From Eledone cirrhosa (taxonomy: Eukaryota): a stretch of DNA of 64,000 nt. The DNA lies in assembly GCA_964016885.1 (NCBI GenBank), contig OZ024745.1, forward strand, positions 101,742,001-101,806,000. Reading direction: 5' to 3'. Below, one piece after another: positions 1 to 11,586 of this stretch. Both the position numbers and the translations under genes were made by a program. The first letter of the stretch is position 1. Each line of letters begins with the position of its first letter. Under the pieces are notes generated by a model that did not search any database, was not told the DNA's origin, and was given only the letters and a program-made list of their open reading frames with translations.

Positions 1-304
1 TATCACTTGATCTTAATATGAGACCCTCATATGTATTATGAAGAGCATTTCTAATGATATGTAATCATCTTAACATTAATATCTATGCATGAAGTGTGTG
101 TGTGTAGTTTGAAATTTTTATATTTGTAATTTGGTTATACATTTCTTCTGGAACTAGTGTCTCCTCTCTTCACACTATACTTGATGAAGAATTTGAAAAA
201 AGCAGCCTTACTGAAGAAATGCAAGGTTTGTAATAAAAATAGTTTTTCTCACTCTTTTCTTGTTAATTATTCTTGTTATTTACTTGTCAAGTGAGTAGTT
301 CAAT

Positions 305-500
305 GATGGTGTCCGACCCTCTACCGATACTGCCAAAAAACTCACCATGTTTTGCAGTGTAGAGTTACAGCCCTTTATGATCTGGGTTCAAATCCCACCG
401 AGGTTAACTTTGCCTTTCATCCTTACGGGGTTGATAAAATAAAGCACCAGTAATGCACTGGGGTAATTGCTGGCCTTGTGCCAAAAGTAGAAACAATTAT
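305..500 (+). mobile_element. Same SINE family with inverted 5' portion
   Basis: Body ~372-500 on +; head fragment GTCCGACCCTCTACCGATACTGCCAA at ~311-336 is the reverse complement of the SINE head. Confidence 0.75.
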
Positions 501-586
501 ATTTATAATATGAAACAATGAAAGAATAATGACAAGGTGGAGTAGTTAGTTAACTATTGTTTAACATTATTTAGCTAACTCTATCA

Positions 587-777
587 GGGCGGTGGATTGG
601 CAGTATCGGTAGAGGGTTTGACGCCATGCTTTCCAGCATAGTTACGTCCCTTTACGATCTGAGTTCAAATTCCGCCGAGGTTGACTTTGCCTTTCATCCT
701 TACGGGGTCGATAAAATAAAGTACCAGTAATGCACTGGGCAATTGCTGGCCTTGTGCCTAAAGTAGAAACAATTATT
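587..777 (+). mobile_element. tRNA-derived SINE (octopus-type), full length, with 19-bp TSD
   Basis: GGGCGGTGGATTGGCAG head (A-box-like), GAGTTCAAAT B-box, GCCTTTCATCC..GATAAAATAAAGTACCAG body; ATTATTTAGCTAACTCTAT repeated at 566-584 and 772-790. Confidence 0.9.
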
Positions 778-1318
778 TAGCTAACTCTATAATTTTCAAT
801 ACTCAATGATATACAGTGATATCCTGTTTCCACAACAACAAATTTTACTTTGTTTTAATTAGATATTTACATCAGCACTACATTCAGTTCTAAATTGGCT
901 ATAAAACCTACCTTGGTTAGGTAGAACACTAATGAGTATATAGATATCATAATTTTTATGTTGGTGTTTCCATGCTGCCATGAGTTAGACAGAACTTTTT
1001 GAGGCTATGTATATATGTATCATCATTGTTTTTTATGTCTGCATTATATATATAAAGAGATAGTGTTGTAATTTGATTTCTGATGAGGTGATTTTATCTC
1101 AAAAATTAAGGTCATAATTGAATAAAGAACAGATAACACAGAGCAGCTTTGTTACCTTTTATCTTAAAAAATACCACACCTTTCACACTATGACAACCTT
1201 CAAATTACATACCTTCTTATAAACATACACATACACTCATACACAATATCGACACTAATACACACACACACACACACACACACTTCACCTTGCATTCCAA
1301 AATCATTACCAAGACTAC

Positions 1319-1566
1319 CTAATGGTTTTGTCTTCTTTACTCTCTTTATTTTCGATTTTTCTTTCTTTACTTGGGCTAACTTTATTTTCTGTATCTATCC
1401 TTTGAGATTCTGTCTCTATTTGTACTCCTGAAGAAGGGCTGAAACCTGACATGTCGAACTTTCTTTCCCTTTTTCCATTTAAAGCGCGAAACTGATACGA
1501 CTGTTTGTTGTTTCCATCAACATTTAGGTTGAAAGAGAGGTCTAACTGGTCAATCAATAATTTACT
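1319..1566 (-). CDS. Possible host coding exon (charged, low-complexity peptide ..IDQLDLSFNLNVDGNNKQSYQFRALNGK..)
   Basis: Open frame in non-repeat sequence ending at AG|GTAGTC donor-like site (1319/1318); weak CAG acceptor near 1566; no homology recognised. Confidence 0.25.
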
Positions 1567-1999
1567 GCTTTTTCAAGGTGAAATGGACAAGGGATTCATG
1601 TACTCATTTTTTTAATGTTTGTATTAGAGTGAATAATTACATCTAATGTAGTTGTAAATGTTGTGAATATGCACTCTAAATATGAGATTGCATTTGTTTC
1701 CAATAATATAGATTTTTGTATGATTTCTTATCTATTATTTTGATGAGCTCAATATTGTTAGGTGGACAAAAGAAGAATGTTAGTTGGTTAGGTATGAGAA
1801 ATATTTGGTAAAATCTGGAATCTGAAGAGGCTGGGATGTTGAATCAGAAACATGAGTCAATAAGAGAATTTAGCATGGAAGATGGACGTTAAACGATGAT
1901 GATATTATTAGTTGTCATGAGGAATATAGAATCAGATGTTTTGAGTTTTGTTCTTTGTCTCAGAATGCAGGATAGAAAAAAGTCAAGTGGCCAATCACT

Positions 2000-2355
2000 T
2001 CAACTCTACCTCTTATCTATTGCGATTCATAGCATGTAAATTTTGCAGTACACTGTACAAAAGTGAGATGTATTGCCGCTTTTGTGTCTGATTCTGTGTG
2101 AAACTCTTCTATGTCCATAACAATGCCCATTAAGTCCTCAAACCTGTAACCAATCACTTTAGCTCACATCGTTACTCTGCTGACCACTTTTTAGACTGTG
2201 GTGTTTTCCTACATTATGGCTCATCTTACTCCTGCAGATGCAAGGAAAAGCATCTCATCTTCAGCCTGAGAACCTTTATTCCTCAAGAATTGATTGCACA
2301 CCTTAATGTTGTATGATTCCAGCCAGACTACTTTTCCCATCTTGACAGCAAAAGT
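2000..2355 (-). pseudogene. Possible decayed Helitron RepHel N-terminal fragment
   Basis: Across frameshifts reads FCCQDGK/VV...NQFLRN...FLASAG...GHCYGHR, resembling the Helitron CCxxGK...F..NIR.YN..AFAS.G...HGQIYH region. Confidence 0.3.
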
Positions 2356-2707
2356 TATTTCACTAATTCTGTGTATGTCCTTTTTGTTTGTATATCTACA
2401 TTGTGTACTTTTATTTGTACACACACACACATATATCTGGAGGCTTCACAACAACAATACATGACTTTTATATGAACATTACTGGCATATATCTCAGCAA
2501 ACAATAAGAAATCAAAGAAAGAGTTGGAGGAACAGATATTGGAAACTGCCTTTATGAAAATTACTACCACATATCAATGTAAATTTAGAAATATCTCAAT
2601 TAGATGAAAGATGTTATTGTAACCATTAGACATTAAAAAATAAAAAATATGAATAATGAGTTCTTTGGATTAACCACAAGATAAAGAGTACCATGCATTA
2701 TCTGAAA

Positions 2708-2985
2708 CTAGAATTTTTTTCAACATGCTGACGCATGTGTGTAGGTTGTACACACAAATATAGTGAATGTTAGATGCTATTTTCTGTAGTTTGTCATCAC
2801 CCCTTCCTTCCTCAATCATCTCTAGTGTGTGATGTCATCACCCCTTACTTCCTCAGTCATCTCTAGTGTGTGACATCATCACCCCTTACTTCTTCAGTCA
2901 TCTCTAGTGTGTGCCATCACCCCATCCTTCCTCAGTCATCTAGTGTGTGACAGACGGACGGAATTTGCTCAAATTTAAATATAGA
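2708..2985 (-). mobile_element. Small non-autonomous Helitron with internal ~41-bp tandem repeat
   Basis: Minus strand A|TC...CTAG|T; subterminal hairpin ACATGC-TGAC-GCATGT (2723-2738); four copies of GTCATCACCCCTTACTTCCTCAGTCATCTCTAGTGTGTGA at ~2794-2950. Confidence 0.7.
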
Positions 2986-3560
2986 TTAAACATTAAAAGA
3001 ACAACAGTTGTAAAATAAGAATATAATGACGGATATTCAAATAATTGCTTTCTATTACTTCACAGTATCCTAAACAGATGAGTTAATTCAATTTTGATAT
3101 CGGTAATATGTCAATACAATTTAGTGTAGTAACATATTGCCATTTTGCTAGCTTAGCATGATTCATTCCTTAAAACACAGAATTATGTTATTCATCAATA
3201 AAATACATTATATAAATATTCTGCATACAATGAAAATAGATCCTGATTATTTGAATGCCTGCAATTCCAGACATAATATTCTTTTGATTATGTCATGAAA
3301 AAAATTCCCAAATCCTTTTAGCTAAAAGTCACTTTATTATCAAAATATCACATATTTTGCTGACTTCAAGTAAAATTGACAAATAAAAAATATTCTGCTG
3401 ACTTCAAATAAAATTGATAAATAAAAAAGAAAGTGAGAAAACTAGAGGAAAATGTAAATAGTTAATTTATTAAGGTGAGGTATTTGACCAAATACTACGT
3501 TGATGTTGAATAGAAATAACGGTAACAACCATGAAGATATATATATATATATATATATAT

Positions 3561-3827
3561 ACAAAGATCGGAATTAAGAGTATTCCGCATTTCACTGTAA
3601 TAATAATAGTATTAGCTCAAAGAAGAATAGAGAATTTCCTTCTGAGCTCAAATGCAAGTATATATTACACAAAGAGAAGTGTGTTACACAGTGAGAAGTG
3701 TGTAAAGAATTATTACAAGGGATTTTACCGTTACTGTATAGGGAACAATATCTACAGGTTAGCAATTAAATAGTTCTTTACACACTTCTCACTGTGTAAC
3801 ACACTTCTCTTTGTGTAATATATACTT
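3561..3827 (-). mobile_element. Fold-back PLE-type terminal remnant in (TA)n
   Basis: 59-bp inverted arms 3656-3714 / 3769-3827; bulged-hairpin motif 3614-3648; (TA)n on both sides. Confidence 0.65.
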
Positions 3828-4059
3828 ATATATATATATATTCGGTTTACAAGGATGCAGTTCACTTCTAGCACTCAACGTCATATTACTTCCTAAAAAC
3901 AGGGATGACGGAGTATATCAATAAAGATGTAAATGCGAAGTTGAAGATGTTAGAGTCCTTTATAAATATATATATTTTAAAAGGTAAACAGGGAACAAAA
4001 ATCAGAAAAACGAAGAGGCAGTACAAATGTTATTATTATTAGTTTCACGCTTGAGAATG

Positions 4060-4092
<33 letters not shown>

Positions 4093-4249
4093 AAATGTTT
4101 GCTCTACATGGCTGAATACAATAAATGTAATCTGAGTTTTTTGAATATTAATAATAACATTCGATTTGTTTGCAATTATGCAAACAAGCCTCAATTTTAT
4201 AGCCATGTCAGTAGAATGAACTCTTCTTTTCTTGCTCTTGTGTGAGCAT

Positions 4250-4315
4250 GTGAACAGAACTGCAGACACTAATGTTTCTGGATATCACCCTTCATCAGTA
4301 CAGCTCACTGTTCAC
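4250..4315 (-). ncRNA. Type I hammerhead ribozyme
   Basis: Minus: GTGAACAG.TGAGCTGTA CTGATGA A GGGT-GAT-ATCC A GAAA CATTAGT GTC TGCAGTT CTGTTCAC. Confidence 0.8.
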
Positions 4316-4976
4316 CTGCCAAACTGTCAGACCTAGTGAAAATATATGCTATTTTCAAAAATACACAGTGACTGATCGGCCTGATTTGCATATTAGCAGA
4401 CTGGCCAATCAGTCAGATCTGCATATTAACAGATCCACTGATCAGCCAGATTTGCATATCAGCAGACTGGCCATCAGTTTCCTGTATACGAGCAATAAAT
4501 GGCCGGCTTTTCCAAATTCAAATAAAAAAGAAAATTTTCACTCTACATGGCTGAATACAATAAATGTAATCTGAGTTTTTCGAATATTAATAATAACATT
4601 TGATTTGTTTGCAATTATACAAACAAGCCTCAATTTTATGGCCATGTCAGTAGAATGAACTCTTCATTCATGCCAACACAAGAGCAAGAATGAAGGGCTC
4701 ATTCTACTGTCATGGCTATAAAATTTAGGCTTGTTTGCATAATTGCAAATGAATCAAATGTTATTATTATTATTCAAAAAACTCAGATTACATTTATTGT
4801 ATTCAGCCATGTAGAGCGAAAATTTTCTTTTTTATTTGAATTTGGCAAAGCCAGCCATTTATCGCTCATGTACAAGAAACTGACTGGACAGTCTGCTAAT
4901 ATGCAAATCAGGCCACTCAGTCACTGTGTATTTTTGAAAATAGCATATATTTTCACTAGCTCTGACAGTTTGGCAG

Positions 4977-5042
4977 GTGAACAGTGAGTTGTACTGATGA
5001 AGGGTGATACCCAGAAACATTAGTGTCTGCAGTTCTGTTCAC
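4977..5042 (+). ncRNA. Type I hammerhead ribozyme
   Basis: CTGATGA 4994-5000, stem II GGGT/ACCC, GAAA 5014-5017, short stem III, GTC cleavage triplet 5025-5027, stem I AGTTGTA/TGCAGTT extended by GTGAACAG/CTGTTCAC. Confidence 0.85.
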
Positions 5043-5175
5043 ATGCCAACACAAGAGCAAGAATGAAGAGTTCATTCTACTGACATGGCTATAAAATTGA
5101 GGCTTGTTTGCATAATTGCAAACGAATCGAATGTTATTATTAATATTCAAAAAACTCAGATTATATATATATATT

Positions 5176-5393
5176 GACAGTTGATTGACTTTCGCCAAAT
5201 CGGACCGAGGAAACAATGTTTCCATTGGTCTTTCCAATTGCTAATATTATCTATTGGTCGCAACTCCAGGTAGGAGCAATGTGAAATAAAGTGTCTTGCT
5301 CTCGGACATAGTGCGTTGCTTGGTCCAGGAACCGAACTCATAAGCTGATGATTGCGAATCCAATTCTCTTACCACTCAACCACGTGCTTTCAC
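5176..5393 (-). mobile_element. Second tRNA-derived SINE family
   Basis: Minus head GTGAAAGCACGTGGTTGAGTGGTAAG, B-box-like GAGTTCGGTTCC, GAGCAAGACACTTTATTTCAC core; second copy at ~41950-42146. Confidence 0.7.
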
Positions 5394-5408
5394 TAATATA
5401 TATATGTA

Positions 5409-6090
5409 CATCATCTTCATTTTTACGTCTGTTTTGCCATGCTTCCATGAGTTGGACAAGTCCTCGTTATCACAGCCTCTCTCAACTTGCCATGTTCTTT
5501 CGTTATCTCCTCTGTGAATCTAAGTGATTTGAGGTGACCTCTCACAACCTCTGCTCTGGTCTTCCTTGGTCTACCTCTACTGTGGTCTTCCTTGGTCTAC
5601 CTCTACTGTGGCTTGCTTCCAATAGTATTTCCTGGCACTACTTCAACCAGTGGTCATCATCCATGCACATTACATGTCTGTACCAATGCAGTCTTCTCTC
5701 TTGCACACCACTTTGGATTCCTTTTAAACCCCGACATTGCACATCTAACGAATTGTGGCTACTTCATTTCTTTCCAGCTTATGCATCTCCTCTGCAGTCA
5801 CTGCCCACGTTTCACTACCATGCAACATTACACTTCACACACAAGCAATATACAGTTGTCCTCTTTAGTCTTGCTATTATGCTCTCAGAGCACCCGCCTT
5901 CACTGCTAATAAGGTTACCTAAATAACAGAAGCTATCAATAACTTCTATAGATCCTTCATGTGATTACAAAAGGTTTATATCACTGACACTCTTCCTCTC
6001 AATTACCCCTGTGTGTCTTTTACATAGAAAGTCTTCCCTTCTTGTTAGTCTACTGATATCCCACTACATCTGTGTATCCAAGATTGACCT
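5409..6090 (-). pseudogene. Old decayed RTE LINE 3' fragment
   Basis: CATC tail plus TTTTACGTC, and antisense remnants of the RLxWYxHV / GRPRK region. Confidence 0.65.
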
Positions 6091-6124
<34 letters not shown>

Positions 6125-6126
<2 letters not shown>

Positions 6127-6356
6127 AAAATTAAGATAAATTAAATGAATTTAATCCAAATCGAAATTATGGGTGACGTGCCATAACGGTGTGCGCCATA
6201 TCGCCCGGAAAATAAGCTCAAAGATTCTATTGTGTAGGTCCGAGCATTTTATAATAACTAGGAATTGATTAACATATATATAAACATATATATAAACATG
6301 AATAATCACAATAATGTGATTATTCATGTTTATATATATGTTAATCAATTTCTAGT

Positions 6357-6363
<7 letters not shown>
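6125..6363 (-). mobile_element. Fold-back PLE-type terminal remnant in (TA)n
   Basis: Hairpin arms 6250-6310 / 6315-6363 (ATAA loop, 12-bp duplication in left arm); bulged-hairpin motif 6216-6245. Confidence 0.6.
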
Positions 6364-6401
<38 letters not shown>

Positions 6402-6402
<1 letters not shown>

Positions 6403-9285
6403 TGTAACACTAACTTCAAAAAACGTGACAATCACCTGATCACCTATAGATCCGGGGAACACACAAGCCAGGTAGATTATATCCTTACCAGAAGACGTGA
6501 CAGAGTGTCTGTTGTTAACACTAAATCCCTCCCCCATGAAGAATGCACCTCCCAACATAGACTGATAATTAGCGACCTCATAGTCAGGACGAGACGTACT
6601 CGACAACAGAAGAGGACTATCCTCAGGAGGAAAATATGGAAGCTAAAGGACCCCACAGCCAGGAATAAATTTCAAAACATATTACTTGATGCTTTCGACA
6701 GTAAGGAAGAACATTTAGAGTCGGACAATATAGAGGGAGAGTGGGAATTTCTGAAAGCAAACCTGCTGTTGGCGACAGACGAAGTCTGTGGCTGGAGCAG
6801 GCCTGTAGGCAGGAGGAGAGTAACATGGTGGTGGAACAGTAAGGAGGAGGGGTCAATTAAGGCCAAAAAGCAGGCTTGGAAAGTATGGCGGGATGGGGGA
6901 AGTAGAGAGGACTATCAAGTGGCCAGGAGGGAAGCTAGGAGACAAGTGTACTTAGCAAGAAGGGAAGCTGAGGAAAGAAAGTTCAAGCATGTTCTACAAC
7001 GCGATGACCAAAAACGTGAGGTGTTCAGGATTGCTAGGCAATGCGTCAAGGAAAACCGTGATATTGTCGGGGAGAAGTGTGTACTAAACGACGATGGCAC
7101 ACTTGCCATCACCGACGCTGATAAGAAGGTAGCTTGGAAGTGTCACTATGAAAGGCTACTAAATGAGGAGAATAATTGGGAGAAAGGCAGTCTCCCCCAT
7201 ATCGACCCAATAGAGGGACCAGCAGTGTTAGTCGAGGGGAGTATAATAAGTAAGGCAATCAAGGATATGAAGACGGGTAAGGCGGCTGGGCCTTCGGAAA
7301 TAGTTGCTGAGATGCTGAAGGCATCTGGCACGGTGGGACACACCATGGTCACCCGCATAGTTAACCAAGTCGTACAGAATGGGGTTGTTCCGAAGGACTG
7401 GCATAGCAGCATCATCGTTAACTGTTATAAGGGTAAAGGAGACGCCCTAGATAGGAGTAACTATAGAGGCATTAAATTAATCGACCAGGTCATGAAGGTC
7501 ACGGAAAAAGTAATAGCGCAACTAATCAGAGAGAGAATTGACCTAGATGAAATGCAGTTCGGGTTTGTGTCAGGCAAAAGTACCACAGACGCTCTTTTCA
7601 TAGTACGACAACTACAGGAGAAGTACCTAGCTAAAGGTAAACCCCTCTACTTAGCTTTTGTCGACTTGGAGAAAGCCTTCGACAGAGTCCCCCGCTCCAT
7701 TATCTGGTGGGCTCTTAGAAAACTAGGCGTTGACGAATGGCTTGTGAGGGCTATACAAGCCATGTATAAAGAAACAGTCAGCAAGGTTAGAATTAACAAC
7801 GAATATAGTGAAGAGTTTAGCGTAAAAGTTGGCGTCCATCAGGGCTCTGTTCTCAGCCCACTACTATTTATTATTGCCCTTCAGGCTATAACAGAGGAGT
7901 TCAAGACAGGCTGCCCATGGGAACTCCTATACGCAGACGACCTGACACTCATAGCGGAATCAATGGCCGAGCTAGAGAAGAAATTCCAAACATGGAAGCA
8001 CGGCCTAGAGTCAAAAGGACTTAAAATTAACCTGGCTAAGACCAAAGTACTAGTTTGTAGGAAAGAAAACAAGGCGGCGGTCCCTTCTGGGAAATGGTCG
8101 TGCTCGGTGTGTAGGAAAGGCGTAGGTAGAAACTCCATTTTATGTCCTAAATGCAAAGTATGGGTGCATAAAAGATGTAGTGGGATCACAGGTAAGCTAA
8201 CTAAGAACATAGATTTTACATGTGGCCGGTGCTCTGGTGCAATAAGTAGCAGCAAGTGCCCACAAACTACTAGCTCTTTCAATTGCGCAGAGGGTTCTAT
8301 AGAAATAGTGGACAGCTTCCGTTACCTGGGCGATAAAATCAGCAGTGGGGGAGGGTGCTCTGAAAGTACTGTAGTTAGAGTCAGAACTGGTTGGAAAAAG
8401 TTCAGAGAGCTTATACCACTATTAGCTGCTAAAGGGTTCTCACTAAAAATGAAAGGCAGGTTGTACGATGCCTGCATACGAACAGCAATGCTGCACGGCA
8501 GTGAGACCTGGGCATTGTGTGCAGAGGATATACGCAGACTAGAGAGGAACGAAGCTTGCATGCTCCGCTGGATGTGTAACAGTAATATACGTGAACAGCA
8601 AAGCATAAACGAACTAAGGAAAAAATTAGAGATAAGAGGGATCAGATGTTGTTTACTCGAGAGAAGGCTACGTTGGTATGGACACGTGATGCGCATGAAA
8701 GTCGATAGCTGTATAACAAAGTGCAGGGCAATAAAGATAGACGGTAGTCACGGAATAGGCAGACCTAGGAAAACCTGGGACGAGCTGATAAACTCCGACA
8801 TCACACACTTACACCTCTCCAAGACAATGTCACTGGACCGAGACCTTTGGCGGTACTCAGTAACAGAGAAGACCCGCCTTACCTAAATATATAGCAAAAC
8901 CTACTCCAGCCAGTAGGCATCTCTAACAAAATACACCCCGTCCCACCACCCCCGCCCCCACCCCATCCACACCACCCCGTTCTATGTAAAGTTATGTTGG
9001 TGCCGCGCCATCGAGGCCGAAACAAATGAGATCGTGTAGGTGTCACGACAAAAAAACACACAGTCCACGCTGTAATGTGGCCGTGTAGGCAACACGGTAA
9101 AAACCTCCCAGACCCACACTGTAAATGTGGTTGGTGTTAGGAAGGGCATCCAACTGTAGAAAACCTGCCAGACAGTCCTATGCGAGCAAGACAATCACTC
9201 TTGCCTCAAGTGGGACTACCCCCGTCCAAACCCATGCAAGCGTGGAACACGGACGTTAAACGTTGATGATGATGATGATGATGAT
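6402..9285 (+). mobile_element. RTE-clade LINE, family A, 5'-truncated, young
   Basis: Uninterrupted ORF to 8886, ~400-nt 3' UTR, (GAT)n tail, (TA)n on both sides. Confidence 0.95.
6403..8886 (+). CDS. RTE ORF (C-terminal APE part, RT, inserted PHD-like finger), N-terminally truncated
   Basis: QVDYIL/SQHRLI (APE end), [35 protein letters not shown]4HC3 finger, [13 protein letters not shown]. Confidence 0.9.
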   Translation, partial: CNTNFKKRDNHLITYRSGEHTSQVDYILTRRRDRVSVVNTKSLPHEECTSQHRLIISDLIVRTRRTRQQKRTILRRKIWKLKDPTARNKFQNILLDAFDSKEEHLESDNIEGEWEFLKANLLLATDEVCGWSRPVGRRRVTWWWNSKEEGSIKAKKQAWKVWRDGGSREDYQVARREARRQVYLARREAEERKFKHVLQRDDQKREVFRIARQCVKENRDIVGEKCVLNDDGTLAITDADKKVAWKCHYERLLNEENNWEKGSLPHIDPIEGPAVLVEGSIISKAIKDMKTGKAAGPSEIVAEMLKASGTVGHTMVTRIVNQVVQNGVVPKDWHSSIIVNCYKGKGDALDRSNYRGIKLIDQVMKVTEKVIAQLIRERIDLDEMQFGFVSGKSTTDALFIVRQLQEKYLAKGKPLYLAFVDLEKAFDRVPRSIIWWALRKLGVDEWLVRAIQAMYKETVSKVRINNEYSEEFSVKVGVHQGSVLSPLLFIIALQAITEEFKTGCPWELLYADDLTLIAESMAELEKKFQTWKHGLESKGLKINLAKTKVLVCRKENKAAVPSGKWSCSVCRKGVGRNSILCPKCKVWVHKRCSGITGKLTKNIDFTCGRCSGAISSSKCPQTTSSFNCAEGSIEIVDSFRYLGDKISSGGGCSESTVVRVRTGWKKFRELIPLLAAKGFSLKMKGRLYDACIRTAMLHGSETWALCAEDIRRLERNEACMLRWMCNSNIREQQSINELRKKLEIRGIRCCLLERRLRWYGHVMRMKVDSCITKCRAIKIDGSHGIGRPRKTWDELINSDITHLHLSKTMSLDRDLWRYSVTEKTRLT

Positions 9286-9685
9286 ATATATATATCAGGT
9301 CTTTAAATCTTAGCTTTACTGGAAATTGTTGTACATAACTTTGAAATATGGATTTGTAATTTAGATTCAATTTTTAAATAAAATACATGAATTAAATTTT
9401 AAAATAATTGTCAAGTAAAGGAAAAATTATATTTTCGATACTGAATTTAGTATATTATCTTTTTTTATGTCATCCTTTGAAATATATTAAATAAAACATG
9501 TTGCTTTCATCTGCTTTTCAGAATTAAGTACTGTAATCTTATTTTGATTACTTTGTATTCTAACACACAACAAACAAGTGTTTCTATTTGTCACTTGATT
9601 ATATGTACACTTAGCTGTATTTATAAGTGATAGATGTTCTCTGATCCTCTTTAATTTAACACCACCATCATCAGTATCGCCGCCT

Positions 9686-9965
9686 TGTCTGAGTTCAAAT
9701 CCTGCTAAGGTTAACTTTGCTTTTCATCCTTACAGGGTTAATAGAATAAAGTGCCAGTAATGCACTGGGAAAATTGCTGGCCTTGTTCCAAAACTAGAAA
9801 CAATTATGGCATTCTGAGTTTGAATCCTGTTGAGGTCAACTTTGCCTTTCATTCTTCCAGAAGTTGATAAAATAGTGTACATGTCAAGTGCTAGGCTGAA
9901 TTTAATCAGCTTTCCCTTCTTCTAAAAAAGTATTGGCTCACTGTCCTTGAATTACAAACCATTAT
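9686..9965 (+). mobile_element. Two adjacent 5'-truncated SINE bodies
   Basis: CTGAGTTCAAATCC..AACTTTGC(C/T)TTTCAT.. present twice (~9688 and ~9814). Confidence 0.75.
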
Positions 9966-10549
9966 TATTAACAGTATTATTTGATATTTCTGAAATCCCT
10001 TAAATCTGATAATAAATCTACTTGTGCAACAGTTATTACTTCAAAATTTTGAAGCAGTTTAATTCTAATCTAATAGAACTGAAATTATCTCAAGAAAGAG
10101 AAAATGAACACTGTAATATTTCTGCATATTTGTGACAATATCGTTTTTTCCTTTGCATATTTCATGAATATTTGCTTTTTTCAGTTATATATAGAATATA
10201 AATATTGCTTTAGACATTTTATTATAGCATTAAAATGGAAATTATCAAAATATTGTTAAAAGCATCATAATTTATGGCTGAAAATTGGATATATACATAT
10301 GTGAAGCAACTTTACTGAATTAATATGATGATATGTAATAGGGAAGTCATAAAATTGTATTTTCTTAACTGGAGTTTAAATCATTGAACAAATTACTGTA
10401 TTGTGTGTGTTTAAAATAATTCTATGTATGTATGTATGTGAGTCCATCATGAGTCCATGGCCCATAGGTGAATGGATGTATATGTGTGTGTGTTATGTGT
10501 TGTAAATAATGTATTTCTATAGTAATTTAATTTAAATTTGATTTAAAAT

Positions 10550-11070
10550 AGTCCTCTAGACGTCATAAACAGCAATCCCCTTAAAGAACCATGGAAGTCC
10601 TTTTTCTGAAGGATGTCCAGTACTGCCGACAGTTCCATTTAAATTGTATCTACTATTTTGAAGCTGTGCCTCTTCAACTTCAATTTTATTTGGAGAAGCA
10701 TAGTGAAGGTAGACTAGTGGGAGGCAGGAAATGCAATAATGTTATACATGTTCAGGTTTTTCATGAAAATCTCCTGTCAGACCCCATAACCAATTCCAGT
10801 CATGTAATAGAGCTGATGAATTGTTCAGTGACGGTGGTCATACATTTTTTTTCTACATTTTCTGGCATTTTGTTAGTGATTGATCACTTTGAACAATCAT
10901 CATTTTAAACAAACACTTGAATGTCCTTGAAATGACTGCGTCATTCAAAAACTTCTATTCAACTTATAAACTGCTCACCAAAAGTCTTACAAAGAATTCA
11001 TGGGGTTTCAGCAGCAGATTTGTCATTCTTCATGCAAAATTTGATACAAGCATGTTAAACAAATTTGTCA
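10550..11070 (-). pseudogene. Decayed mariner transposase (N-terminal HTH region)
   Basis: Minus translation QHACIKFCMKNDKSAAET..GEQFIS*IEVFE*RSHFKD...NDD..*S.T.K.PENVEK matches the mariner QRxxIKFC..G.SA.ET...VFEW..RFK.G..S.EDD.RSGRP pattern. Confidence 0.75.
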
Positions 11071-11586
11071 CCCATCATGAAAATTCCATGGGCAATTTAA
11101 CATGAAAAAACAGGTGTACATCTATATCTATGCTTGTATCATCATCATCGTTGTTTAACGTCCATTTTCCACACTAGCATCGGTTATGTGTTTGTATAAT
11201 GGTGTGTATAATGTTCTGAAGGTTAGTAGACTGATTGGAACAATAACAGTCTTATGTGTGTATATATATATATATATAAATAAAATGTAAAAATTTGAAC
11301 AGGGACAAAATAGAGAGGCAGTACAAGGAATGTTTATTAATTTCACGCTCAGGAGAGTGGGGTGCTGGTGGGGGACGAGGGCAATCGTGAACAAAAAATC
11401 ATAGAAATAAAATTGTAAGAACACAGGCAAAGAATCATATACGGAAATAAACAAGTACAGTAACAAAATCAAACAGAGGTAATGCGTGGAAGGAAAGACC
11501 AAGTGTGGGAAGGTGTGTAAAGTTCGGAGAAAGGTCACGGCGGATTATATTTACCTAACCCTATATATATAATTATATATATATAT

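Larger units (their letters stand above)
4087..5163. mobile_element. Hammerhead-containing non-coding repeat (retrozyme-like / PLE pLTR) as inverted dimer
   Basis: Minus ~1.3 monomers 4087-4669 (period 439) joined to plus ~1.3 monomers 4670-5163 (period 373); hammerhead in each; (TA)n flanks. Confidence 0.8.

Noticed and set aside
6352-8696. Antisense ORFs repeated in every RTE copy
   Set aside because: Shadows of the coding strand, repeated only because the copies are near-identical
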